Below, in pieces: positions 30,649 through 40,709 of a stretch of 64,000 nucleotides of DNA. Location: the NCBI GenBank assembly GCA_050010755.1, contig JBEKKK010000001.1:928001-992000 (forward strand), in the 5' to 3' direction. This DNA is from Candidatus Bathyarchaeia archaeon. GTDB lineage: Archaea > Thermoproteota > Bathyarchaeia > Bathyarchaeales > Bathycorpusculaceae. Numbering within the stretch: the first letter of the stretch is position 1; every line of letters starts with the position of its first letter. The notes under the pieces were generated by a model. It was not told the DNA's origin, made no database searches, and saw nothing but the letters and a program-made list of their open reading frames with translations. The position numbers and the translations under genes are program-made.

Positions 30649-31398
30649 ATGGAATACTCCGAATTTCTCACTCGTATCAGAGAAGTAAAGAAAATGGGCT
30701 ATGTCAAATCGCATCGAGAGGGACCTACAGGTATAGGAAAGACTCTTGAAGACTTGTTGGGGCTGAAAGAAAACAATATCCAAGGTCCAGATTTTTCAAA
30801 CTATGAACTAAAGGCTTCTAGAAAAGGGTCTAACTCAATGATAACTTTATTCACCAAGAAATTAGAACCTGATAGCGGAGAAAAGTTGTGGGAGACTTAC
30901 GGTAACCGAGGAAAAGGAAGTACTTCAAGCAAGTCTAAACAGACACTGCTTGTTGGTTCGGTGGGAGATGATGAGTACATCCCACCAAGTGAAAGGAGAC
31001 TGCATTCGACAGTTATAACTCAAGCTGAAAACCCTGACAGTTTCATTCTTGTGGTTGATGAAAACAGAATTACAATAAAAAACAAGAAGAACGTTGAATG
31101 TTACTATAGTCTTTCTATACTAAAGGAAACTCTGGAAAAGAAGTATGCTAGTCTGATTCATGTCTTAGCCGACCACAAGAAAGACAAAGGACAAGAATAT
31201 TTTTGGTTTAATGAAGCGTACCTCTATAGTGGGTTCGATTTTCCAACTCTTATGAAGGTCGTAAGAGAAGGAAGAATTAAAGTCGATGTCAGAATTGGAC
31301 ATTACCCTGATGGTAGAGTTCACGACCACGGAACTGGATTGAGAATTTCGCCAATCTATCTCCCAGAATGTTTTCAGTCGAAATCAAAGATTCTGTGA
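30649..31398 (+). CDS. MvaI/BcnI family restriction endonuclease
   Basis: G.TGIGKTLEDLLGL.ENN..GPD..YELK, HDHGTG.RI. Confidence 0.88.
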   Translation: MEYSEFLTRIREVKKMGYVKSHREGPTGIGKTLEDLLGLKENNIQGPDFSNYELKASRKGSNSMITLFTKKLEPDSGEKLWETYGNRGKGSTSSKSKQTLLVGSVGDDEYIPPSERRLHSTVITQAENPDSFILVVDENRITIKNKKNVECYYSLSILKETLEKKYASLIHVLADHKKDKGQEYFWFNEAYLYSGFDFPTLMKVVREGRIKVDVRIGHYPDGRVHDHGTGLRISPIYLPECFQSKSKIL

Positions 31399-31431
31399 TT
31401 TCATGCTCCCTATGAGGAACACATATCTCTT

Positions 31432-32352
31432 TTAGTTAGGTGGTTTCCAGAAATCAAGCATAAATTCCATCGTCGCCCCCAAAGAGATAAAATTGTTTGG
31501 CCAGCCAAAAATCCCAACTTTGTTTACGAGGTTACGTTTGTCCCAAATGAAAGTGTTCCTAAACTCGAAACCAGCTTTTTGTAATGCTTCCATTACGTAG
31601 ACATGAGTCGGGATGCGCTTGTTATTTTCCCACACATCATTAACATTTATGACGCAATGAGCTTTTGTTCTCATCAGCGGAAGAATTCCAGAGTAAATCT
31701 CTTCAAGAGCCTTGCCATACTGATCGTGATTCATCGTGCCAAGGTCTCGCGCATCATTAGAATACTGTTGGACCTTTAGATAGTGGCTGTTCTTCCTTAG
31801 GTCTCCCCTGATGCTCTTGTTCAGGCGCTGGTGAGCGAGCATGTTGGCGTAGGGCGGCGAGGTTATACACAAAGAAACCGTATTATTTTCCAAGTATTGA
31901 GGGATTTTGTGCGCGTCGTCAAGGATGGCAATCTGTTGCGTGTTATCGTCTACAATCCTTTTTTGCGCAAGCCTCTTCTTGCTTATCTCTATGTATTCCT
32001 TTTTCAAGTCAAATCCTACAGCATTTCTGCCCAAATCTTGTGCGGCTACGAGGGATGTTCCAATGCCAACAAAGGGGTCCAGAACCAGTTCTCCTTTGTG
32101 GGTTAAAATCCTGATGAAGTGTGCGGGCAGGGCTATAGGAAACACGGCAGGGTGGACATCTTTGTCTCGAATGTCCCTGCTTTCGTAATAGAACTCTTTG
32201 ATTTCATCCTCTGTTATTGGGAATTCTTGAATAATGACCTGGCTCTTGACCCATTCTTTCGCGGTAATACAGCTAATATGGCTCGGTGAACAATCGCATG
32301 TTTTTACATAGTTTATGTCTAATTTCTTCTCTGAATCCGTCGCTTGAACCAT
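31432..32352 (-). CDS. N4/N6 DNA methyltransferase, convergent with the endonuclease
   Basis: HPAVFP, VLDPFVGIGT, ITSPPY. Confidence 0.88.
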   Translation of the reverse strand: MVQATDSEKKLDINYVKTCDCSPSHISCITAKEWVKSQVIIQEFPITEDEIKEFYYESRDIRDKDVHPAVFPIALPAHFIRILTHKGELVLDPFVGIGTSLVAAQDLGRNAVGFDLKKEYIEISKKRLAQKRIVDDNTQQIAILDDAHKIPQYLENNTVSLCITSPPYANMLAHQRLNKSIRGDLRKNSHYLKVQQYSNDARDLGTMNHDQYGKALEEIYSGILPLMRTKAHCVINVNDVWENNKRIPTHVYVMEALQKAGFEFRNTFIWDKRNLVNKVGIFGWPNNFISLGATMEFMLDFWKPPN

Positions 32353-32464
32353 TTCTCTCGATTAATAGTAATAGGCACTAGTATAAAATCCGTTGGTAGC
32401 GCGCGCGCATGACTCGATAGGGCTTTTTAAGAACCATACAAGAGATAGTTTGCAATGTGAAAAA

Positions 32465-32821
32465 ATGGTTACAAACACAACACCCAAAATTGTCTACCTT
32501 GATCAGAAATGTTGGATTGATTTTGCGAGATTTTATTATGGTCAACCGTCTGGAGACGGAAAAGAACTTGTATCGAAAATCCTCGAGTACTCTGAGATAT
32601 CCCTGCTATTGTTTCCTCTTTCTATTTCCCATTTGGAAGAAACGCTACGCATTACAAGTAGCAGACGCAAGAGCCAACTCGCTTCTTTGATGGCAAAACT
32701 ATCAAAGGGCTACTCATTACAGCCACACATTGATGCAGTGGTTGAAGCTGAGATTGAGAACATCGTCTTGAGGAAAGCAGGGGTTCTTCGAGTGAACATA
32801 AAAAATTTGCGCGCGCTATGA
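32465..32821 (+). pseudogene. Probably truncated PIN-like domain protein
   Basis: IVYLDQKCWID...PLSISHLEET; ORF ends at site 32808-32818. Confidence 0.55.
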
Positions 32822-32845
32822 ATAAGCTGAAGCCGAGTGCTGGAG

Positions 32846-33709
32846 CTATTTGCTTAGAAGAATTTTAAGTCGTTCAACCAATGATTCTCTGCTTTGAGGC
32901 TGTTCCCTCCAGACCTTTCCGTAATCTCTATATTCCTCACCAGATATCTTTTCTTTTCTCTGCAATTCGTTAAGCAGCTCTGCGAATTCTCGCGAGTGTA
33001 TTTGTTCATTTTGTGTTTCACTATCTGGTTGGGTCCTTCTGATCGTCTCGTTTGAGTGATCGTTCTTTAGAGGTGGAGGGTAATTATCGTACAAGAATCT
33101 AGAGAAATATGGGAGTTCCCAAGGGTGGGTTTCCGGTAAGCTCTCCTTGACTCCGAGGAGTTCGGACATTAGGAACTCATACGTCTCGCCCAAACTCACG
33201 TATTGCGCTGGAAAGCTAGGTTTGTCCACAATCTCGGTGAGGAAATGCTGCAGATGGTCAGTGCTGAAAATTGGCAATACATCCCCATGTTCATAGTTGA
33301 AACAAAAGATAATCTTCTTCGCGATATGTTTGTCGCGCCCCAAACCCCTTATCTGTTCCCATTGCGCATCCACTTTTTGAGCTAGAGATTTCTTACGGTC
33401 AACTGTGACAGCAAGCAGTTCCTTGAAATCTTCGAATTGATTTCTGATTTGCCCGAAGATATTTGGGTAAGATCTCAAATGCCCAATTGGCTTCAGATAA
33501 TATACTAACCAACGGAAGAATTCTCCAATCTCCTTTGATTGCGGAATGAAGATATCATTTGGGTTAAGAGTCTCTATTGATTCAGGGTTCTCGGCAAAGG
33601 GATATCTCGCTCTAAAATCCTTCAATAATTTCATCGCACTGTCTATTTCGACCTTGATTACTCCGTTCTTGTCAAAAGCCCTCACTTTCTCTAACAGAGA
33701 CTCTTTCAT
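32846..33709 (-). CDS. Hypothetical protein (possibly restriction-associated)
   Basis: 287-aa ORF; LPIFS..HL..FL, FSRFLY resembling McrB-like N-terminal regions. Confidence 0.6.
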   Translation of the reverse strand: MKESLLEKVRAFDKNGVIKVEIDSAMKLLKDFRARYPFAENPESIETLNPNDIFIPQSKEIGEFFRWLVYYLKPIGHLRSYPNIFGQIRNQFEDFKELLAVTVDRKKSLAQKVDAQWEQIRGLGRDKHIAKKIIFCFNYEHGDVLPIFSTDHLQHFLTEIVDKPSFPAQYVSLGETYEFLMSELLGVKESLPETHPWELPYFSRFLYDNYPPPLKNDHSNETIRRTQPDSETQNEQIHSREFAELLNELQRKEKISGEEYRDYGKVWREQPQSRESLVERLKILLSK

Positions 33710-33939
33710 TTGGCAATCACTCTCGATACCGGTTCCATTGAGGTTTTAACAGCGTGTGTCAAGCAGAATTATAGGGTCGAGCAGATATTTGCATAGCGGT
33801 TGTTCACAGTCCCAAATGATCTTATGTTATATGGAACAAAAGGGAAAAAGAGGAAATGCGGAGACTTCGCCACGCACAACTCCCGGAACCCACACCTCTG
33901 CTCTTCATTCTCAAAGACATAGCAAGAAAACGAAGCTTC

Positions 33940-36423
33940 TCAGCGCGCGCTGTGCGGGTTTGGGTTTTGTTTGTAGAGTATTGTTTTTGCGATTTCTCGC
34001 CAGATGATGGCTATTATGGCGAAGCCTAGTATTATGGCGAATTGTTCTGCTGCGACGGGGGCTAGTTTGAGTTGGCTTGTGACTGGTGGAACCGTTTGGG
34101 CGATGATTAGAAACGCAAAGGCGAGAACTGCCCACAGATCCATTATCCTGTTCGATAATGGGCCTATTGCGTATAGTGGTTCTTTTTCGGATCGCATGAC
34201 AAAGGCCAGGATGATGTGGCCCATTATCCACGCTGAGAAAGCGTATGCTTGCACGGTTACGGCAGGTAGCCTCTGTGACCACGCGTAGAAGTATGCGAGC
34301 ATCACGGCTACGAATAGGCTCGTGGCGGATATGGCCATGTCCGTTACCATTTTCGAGTCAGGAAACTTTGCTTTTGGATCTCGGGGTTTTCTGTCGTAGA
34401 TTGTTTTTTCGGCCGGTTCGGTGACGAATCCTGCGGAAGCGGCGATGTCCATGAACAGTTCAAGCACGATAATCTGTATCGGAGCAAACGGCAAGGGCAT
34501 GGCCGGATAGAAATACTCGATGCCCAGCGCAAAAACGAACAGTGAGATAAGTGCAGCTTTGATTGCCAAATAGTACTTTAGACCCTTCCTAAGGTTGTCG
34601 AAGAAAGTGCGGCCTTCGAACACGGCGCGACCGATGGTCACAAAGTTGTCATCGGTCAAAACGACGTCTGCAGCTTCTTTGGCCGCATCTGTGCCCTTAG
34701 TGCCCATGGCGATTCCAACGTCGGCTCCCTTCAAAGCCAGGGTGTCGTTGACCCCGTCGCCCGTGACCGCGACCACTTCACCATTCGCATGCAGCGCCTT
34801 GACGAGCGCGTATTTGTCCTCAGGCGTCGTTCTTGCAAACACGGAGACCTCTTTGACGATGTCCTGAACTTCCTTGTCGGAAATGCCTCGAAGCTGCTCA
34901 CCCGTGAACACCTTTCCCGATGGGATTCCGACGCTTTTCGCGATGTAAGCCGCGGTCTGCGGGTGATCACCCGTGACCATGATGGTTCTGATTCCAGCAT
35001 TGCGAATAGACTGAATCGTTTCTTTGACGCCAGCGCGTGGAGGATCCTCGATTGAGACTAGGCCGATGAAATCCCAGTTTCCCTCTAATTCTGAAAGCGG
35101 CAATTCTGCTTCATCAGCAGAGACTTCTTTTTCTGCGACGCCGATTACCCTTCTTCCCTTTTCAGCTTCACTCTCGAGTTCATCTCTGAAAACATCACCC
35201 TGACCGTCCGCGCCCAAAATTTCCTCAGGTGCCCCCGCAGCTGAGAGCATGAAGACCCCGTTCTTCTCGCGCAGCACGGCTTTGGTCCGCTTGCCTATCT
35301 GGAAGCCCCGTTCGTGAACGACTCTGCCGAAGTCCGTTTGCACCTTTAGCGACTTGGCTTTTTCCAGAATTGCCTTATCAGTCGGGAACAGTGACCCCTC
35401 TGTCAATGCTGCCGTGGCTGCGCTCAGCGTCTTGGCCTCTTCTTGGCGCGGGTAGACTTGAACGACCTGCATCTTATTCTCAGTGATTGTGCCCGTCTTG
35501 TCTGTGAGGATGATGGTTGCATCGCCTAGGGTTTCTGCCGCCTTGAGCTTCTTGACTAGGAAGCCTTCTCGAGAGAGCCTGTATGATCCTAAGCCCAGTA
35601 TCATGGTGATTATGATTGGCAGTTCTTCGGGGATAGCAGCAAATGCCAGTGCCAACCCAGTCAATATCAGCGTTTTGTCCTCAAACAGATCTCGGTATCC
35701 GTAGCGCAAGATGCCCAAAGCAGGGATAACTATGCTGAAGAACATGGCAACGTACGCGAGCGTTATAGAAAGTTTTTTCATGGATAACTGCAAGGGCGTT
35801 TTCGGAGGCTTGATAGCCTGAGCCATGGCGGATATCTTTCCGAACCTGCTGTTCTTGCCCGTTGCATATGCTTCTCCTTGTCCTTCCCCTGAAAGCACGA
35901 GGGTTCCAGCGTAAACATCGTCTCCGACCTTCTTCTCCTGCGGAAGAGACTCGCCCGTTAAAACTGACTCGTCCACTTGAATGTCATATGACACATCGAG
36001 CTTACAGTCCGCTGCAACCCTTGTTCCCTCGACAAAGACCAGCAGGTCTCCGGGAACCACTTTTTCAGTTTCAACCTCGACTATTCTCCCATCCCGCACA
36101 ACCCTTGTCTTGGGAGCCGCAAGCACAGAAAGCGCCGATATAGACTTCTTAGCCCTGAATTCATTCCAGATCTCAACGAAAACCAAGACGAAGATAACGC
36201 TGAAAATCGTAACAGCGTCCTCCACGTTTGGCCACTCGAAAATAGTATAGAGAACGCCTACAACAAGCAAAAGCAGAATCATGGGCTCGACAACTTCTTC
36301 CTTGGCGATGCCCAAGAAACTCACCGTGTAAGGCTTGGCAATCTGATTCGGCCCGACTTCCCGAAGCCTCTCCTCCGCCTTAGCAGTCGAAAGGCCTTCA
36401 GACTTTACGCCAGAACCCTGCAT
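33940..36423 (-). CDS. Cation-transporting P-type (type II) ATPase
   Basis: TGES, IPEELP, DKTGT, TGDGVND; ends SAR* in a site. Confidence 0.95.
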   Translation of the reverse strand: MQGSGVKSEGLSTAKAEERLREVGPNQIAKPYTVSFLGIAKEEVVEPMILLLLVVGVLYTIFEWPNVEDAVTIFSVIFVLVFVEIWNEFRAKKSISALSVLAAPKTRVVRDGRIVEVETEKVVPGDLLVFVEGTRVAADCKLDVSYDIQVDESVLTGESLPQEKKVGDDVYAGTLVLSGEGQGEAYATGKNSRFGKISAMAQAIKPPKTPLQLSMKKLSITLAYVAMFFSIVIPALGILRYGYRDLFEDKTLILTGLALAFAAIPEELPIIITMILGLGSYRLSREGFLVKKLKAAETLGDATIILTDKTGTITENKMQVVQVYPRQEEAKTLSAATAALTEGSLFPTDKAILEKAKSLKVQTDFGRVVHERGFQIGKRTKAVLREKNGVFMLSAAGAPEEILGADGQGDVFRDELESEAEKGRRVIGVAEKEVSADEAELPLSELEGNWDFIGLVSIEDPPRAGVKETIQSIRNAGIRTIMVTGDHPQTAAYIAKSVGIPSGKVFTGEQLRGISDKEVQDIVKEVSVFARTTPEDKYALVKALHANGEVVAVTGDGVNDTLALKGADVGIAMGTKGTDAAKEAADVVLTDDNFVTIGRAVFEGRTFFDNLRKGLKYYLAIKAALISLFVFALGIEYFYPAMPLPFAPIQIIVLELFMDIAASAGFVTEPAEKTIYDRKPRDPKAKFPDSKMVTDMAISATSLFVAVMLAYFYAWSQRLPAVTVQAYAFSAWIMGHIILAFVMRSEKEPLYAIGPLSNRIMDLWAVLAFAFLIIAQTVPPVTSQLKLAPVAAEQFAIILGFAIIAIIWREIAKTILYKQNPNPHSAR

Positions 36424-36596
36424 AACAACGCAGAACTAATTACGACTTTTAAAAGTTTGTCCAAAAGGATACTGTTAACTTAAGTTACCCGCTTTCTTCG
36501 TGATATGGTTCTTCGATTTTTCCTTCTATCAACTCTTTAATGTTCGTTCCAAAATTCACGAAAGCCTTAAACGCACAAATTCAAAGAGAGGAGGAC

Positions 36597-36827
36597 ATGA
36601 GTCAGACGAAAGGGCTAAACACTTTTGAGAAGTTTCTCTTGGTCGTAGTGATTGTTGGCTATGCTTCCATATTCATTCCTACGCCATTCGTTTTTGGGAA
36701 TTGGACAATCTTGGAATTGATCTGTGTCGTCATTCTTGCAGTTGCTGCACCATACGAATACTATAAGTTTTTTAAGAGACGAATAGAACAGCGACGGCAA
36801 GCGAAAGAGGCTAAGAATCTGATCTGA
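36597..36827 (+). CDS. Small two-TM membrane protein
   Basis: GAGGAGG RBS, two hydrophobic helices. Confidence 0.6.
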   Translation: MSQTKGLNTFEKFLLVVVIVGYASIFIPTPFVFGNWTILELICVVILAVAAPYEYYKFFKRRIEQRRQAKEAKNLI

Positions 36828-37076
36828 CGACAGTTAACAGCTAGACGCCATAAGACGAGAAGTTACCAGAAGCGTCCAAAAGGTTCTGTCAAGTCTGCGG
36901 TTGATTCATCCTCCCTTCAAAAATCGGTTGATGATCTGTTGGCAGAACTCCTCCTCTGTTGACAATCGGATGAAAGCTCGTATTTTCGCGTTATTCAAAT
37001 CGAAATTCTTAAGTTGATACAGATTAGATATGCTAGACTGTTAACCTTAGTTCGATACTCTGGGTCGGTGATACGT

Positions 37077-37256
37077 ATGACAAATTGTCCAAAATGTGGA
37101 ACTGAGATGGAAGCTAAAGGGGAGCTGGCCAACGACTCTAGGCAACCAGACTTCGTAACAACCTTTTATCAATGCCCAAATTGCAAGAATATTGAAATGC
37201 AAAAAGTTGTCGTCGAGCGTAGACGCACTTTAGGTGGCAGAACATTTCATAAATAA
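37077..37256 (+). CDS. Small zinc-ribbon protein
   Basis: CPKC...CPNC; stop TAA begins TAAGCGCGCGCTAA. Confidence 0.7.
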   Translation: MTNCPKCGTEMEAKGELANDSRQPDFVTTFYQCPNCKNIEMQKVVVERRRTLGGRTFHK

Positions 37257-37299
37257 GCGCGCGCTAATTTTGGGAATAGAAAAAATAGTCGTTGTTGGC

Positions 37300-37608
37300 T
37301 TATTTCAGTAGTTTCATGCTTTCTTCGAGACTCATTGCCAATTTGATTTCGCTCGTGTTCCAAGCCATCCATTTTACCATTTCTGGTTCCATTGAGAATT
37401 CTTGCAGTGCATCTGAGCTTGGAGCTTCATACACCCATATCAACAGATGCTCCGGAACCACGGTCCATGCTCCAACCCTCTTGACTCCATGTTTCTTCTC
37501 CAATCCGCCCAATTTTGCTGGCAATGCTAAAGTCATGGCCTTCATTTTCTCATTGTTAAGCGGACAATTTTCAACGGAATGTCTAGAAATTATCAGAAAT
37601 ATTGGCAT
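37300..37608 (-). CDS. GYD/DUF3303-like small protein, copy 2
   Basis: Near-identical to 13720..14028, including the upstream promoter. Confidence 0.8.
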   Translation of the reverse strand: MPIFLIISRHSVENCPLNNEKMKAMTLALPAKLGGLEKKHGVKRVGAWTVVPEHLLIWVYEAPSSDALQEFSMEPEMVKWMAWNTSEIKLAMSLEESMKLLK

Positions 37609-37932
37609 ACCAACACTCCTCAAAGTGAGAATTAAGGAAAGTCGGATATAAGCTATTTGCACGTAGGTTCTGTTAACTTCTCATGGAGCTTAAACCCTTG
37701 TTAACTACCGTGGGATAAATCCAGTTTTTTTGTATATTTGATTCAAAAATCGGAGATAAACTTAAAAGTTACACTCGTGTGCATAATCGGAATTGAATGA
37801 GGGAAATGGTGGTAAGTTTCTTTCCCTTCTCTCCTTTCTCCCCTAGTGGAGAAAGCCACCATCTTCCCTCATCTCCTTTTAAAGGAGCTTTTTGGTGGTC
37901 TCCGATTTTTCTTTTAGTGCGCGCCTTCTTGT

Positions 37933-38634
37933 TCACTTGACTCGTTTGTTTCCTATTGGACACACTTTTAGGCATATGCTGCATGTTGGTTGAGTACTTG
38001 TGTATTGGCTGCAGGCAAACTTGTTTATTTCGTAATCGGATTCGTGTCCCGGCTTCTTCAGAGCCTTCGCTGGGCACGAGGACACGCATGGATTTGGGCA
38101 GTTTTTGCAGAAATTCTTGTTTAAGGGCGAATCAGGCTGCATTTTCGCGTCGGTTACTACAGCAACTAATCGCACTCTAGGCCCGTACTGTTGCGTTATG
38201 AGCAGGCTGTTGTAACCTAAAACTCCAAGACCGGCCTGAACAGCCATGTGCTTGAGCGACAATAAACCTGAGAGATAACGTTGGTCTGTTCCTCCGGTTG
38301 AAGCCATTTGATGGTATGCTTTGAACCCTTTCTTCTCAAGAAACCTCGCAACGGAATATCCTACCCTGTCGAGTTCCTGCGAGACGAAAGTATTGTGTCC
38401 TCTGAACATGTCCTGTCGTGGGGATGCTGCAAAATAGTCTTCTTCACTGGGTATGATGTCCGTCTGAGCATCGAGCATCTTCATCCCAAGAACAATGACA
38501 GATTTCGCACTTGGAAGAACATCTCTGGGACGATGCCCCGATGGAGCATCATCAAACGCATTAGCTGAAGCAACTCCAAAAATATCGGCCCCCAAGCGCA
38601 GTGCCATTTTCTCTATCTCTTCCCTCAAATCCAT
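37933..38634 (-). CDS. Epoxyqueuosine reductase (QueG)-like Fe-S protein
   Basis: LSLKH.AV.AGLG..G.NSLLI...YGPRVRL, CxxCxxxCxxxCP; flanked by sites 37915 and 38708. Confidence 0.85.
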   Translation of the reverse strand: MDLREEIEKMALRLGADIFGVASANAFDDAPSGHRPRDVLPSAKSVIVLGMKMLDAQTDIIPSEEDYFAASPRQDMFRGHNTFVSQELDRVGYSVARFLEKKGFKAYHQMASTGGTDQRYLSGLLSLKHMAVQAGLGVLGYNSLLITQQYGPRVRLVAVVTDAKMQPDSPLNKNFCKNCPNPCVSSCPAKALKKPGHESDYEINKFACSQYTSTQPTCSICLKVCPIGNKRVK

Positions 38635-39219
38635 TTAACTTCCCCTCAAGCACTAGGGGCCTCCGAAAAAGATAAACTGTTCCCCTTCCCGACACCTAGG
38701 CTATTATTAGCGCGCGCTCAACTGGAGAATATGGCTAGATTTGGAACAGAATAGGGTACAATTCTGAAAAACCCCTTAATAATTAAAAATCACTGAATCA
38801 ATTCGGAGTTGAGAACAAGTCTGCAACACCATTTCCTCAAGTGGACTCGCAACGGTCCAGAGAAAGTTGAAAGTTAATTTTTCCCTCCTTTCTCCCTTCA
38901 GCCTCTGGACCCTTGCGAGAACTGTAGAGGAAAAGGTTAGGCAGACAACCGTGAGTTGGCGACGATGGAAATGATGAGATGTCAACCTTGGCATTGGCGG
39001 AGAGGAGAAGAAAGCGAGCAAGAAAAGAAGGTGAATAAAGTGTTGGAAATACCTCATTATACCTACATATTTTCTGAAGAATGCAAGAAAGGTGAATATA
39101 AACTCAAAATAGAGAGGACGGTTATAAAGAGCGAGAATAGGAAAAAGCACATTCTATGGTAGTTCAAGTGGAAGCACGCGCGCTTGTCGCCGTTTGTGGT
39201 GCGTGCTTCGCGCGGCCAT

Positions 39220-39591
39220 CTAGCGTCCTGGCGGTGTTGAAATTGACGCTTGGGACCTGTCTATGTTCTCTCTGATGATGCCGTATGCCTTTTCTGCGTC
39301 TGCGTTGGGCAAATCGTTTAGCGTCAGAGGTTCTCCCCCGAACCTCAACGTTAGCTTGAGTGTGGACCGCACTATTCCCTTGTCTAACACCACGTTTGCG
39401 ACATCCCTGTAATTATAATCGGTGTAATCCTTCTTCAACCCAAGCGCATGCGGGTGCCGCAGAATCACCCTCTCATTCGTAATGACCACAGAGTCGATGT
39501 TGATCTTAGGGTGATAGATCTTCTGTTGAATATACACTTCCACCTTTTCATCCGGCCCAAGCAGGCCCTTCAAATCACCAGGAGCAGACAT
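39220..39591 (-). CDS. Bacterial PH-domain protein
   Basis: LLGPDEKV, VVITNERVI. Confidence 0.8.
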   Translation of the reverse strand: MSAPGDLKGLLGPDEKVEVYIQQKIYHPKINIDSVVITNERVILRHPHALGLKKDYTDYNYRDVANVVLDKGIVRSTLKLTLRFGGEPLTLNDLPNADAEKAYGIIRENIDRSQASISTPPGR

Positions 39592-40038
39592 AATCAGTCA
39601 ACCAATCATACGAGAACCCACCAGTCATATTTGCCTTTTGCCCCACCCCGACCCCGTCCTTGGATTGCTTTGGAAAGCGGAAACGAGAATCTTCAAAGAT
39701 ACTCTATTATGCAAGACATTAAGGAAAGTTCAATCTTGAGGATTTCAGCTAAAGGTAAGAAGCCTTTTCCGAAAGTGGTTTTTCGTGATGGCCTTCAAGA
39801 TAAGCAGATTAAGAATTTCCTTGAAACTCGAAAACTAATATTGACTTTTCCTAGAGACCCACGCATAACTGTTTCGCGCGCGCTAAGAATCGGTAATATG
39901 CACCAACCTTAAAAGACGCGAAAACAATGAAGACATAGGAATAGATTTGGCACAAATGGGAAGACATAGGAAAGCTAAACCTCCAAATAAGCGACTGAAG
40001 AAAATCTTGAAAAAGACAGGTCGCTAGCGCGCGCCATA

Positions 40039-40368
40039 TTAGATGACTCTAAGGATTGCCACGATATTGTTGGTAACGACAAAGGCATACATTGCTATCA
40101 TTACAATGATTGTTGCAAAGCCCATCTTGAATGTTGTCTCATGGTTGTACTTCTTTAGCCTTTTCAAGATGAAGTAGAATACATACACCAGTGCTGGAAC
40201 TATGGTCACTTTCAGTAGTAGCATTGGAAGCATTGCATTTGCTACTAATGGATTCAGCTCTATGCCTATTCCTGTTCTTACTGCGAAGACTGTGGTCAGT
40301 GCATCTGCATAGTTGAGCGATATGACTGTGACTAGTCCTATTATTGATAGTCTAAGGTCTTGCTTCAA
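40039..40368 (-). CDS. DUF5658-like membrane protein
   Basis: LNYADALTT...ELNPLV...LLKV...VVTNN; tightly bounded by sites 40025 and 40381. Confidence 0.75.
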   Translation of the reverse strand: MKQDLRLSIIGLVTVISLNYADALTTVFAVRTGIGIELNPLVANAMLPMLLLKVTIVPALVYVFYFILKRLKKYNHETTFKMGFATIIVMIAMYAFVVTNNIVAILRVI

Positions 40369-40569
40369 ATAGCACACCTTCAGCGCGCGCCGAAGTCGTC
40401 GAGAGGCAGACAAAGCACCTTCTATGGCCTTTCTCTATCAGAACAGGTCGTTATGGAGAACTAAAGCAGTTATTTCAGAATCTGCAATATGAAAAAACTG
40501 ATAACATACTCCTGCCCAATTGCAAAACTGCGACCTCTACCCGCATCTTGAACGAGTTTTCAGTTTGGC

Positions 40570-40600
40570 TAGAGCGCGAGCGCGCGCGCACGCGCGCGCC
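40570..40600. repeat. Tandem cluster of GCGC sites / alternating purine-pyrimidine tract
   Basis: TAGAGCGCGAGCGCGCGCGCACGCGCGCGCC. Confidence 0.85.
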
Positions 40601-40709
40601 CGACTGTTCGTCCCTACCGCATGCATGCACACACGCGTATGGGCAAGAAAACACTCTGGGCGGCGCGCGTTAAGAAGTATTGGAACTTAACTGATTTCGG
40701 AACTAGGCG

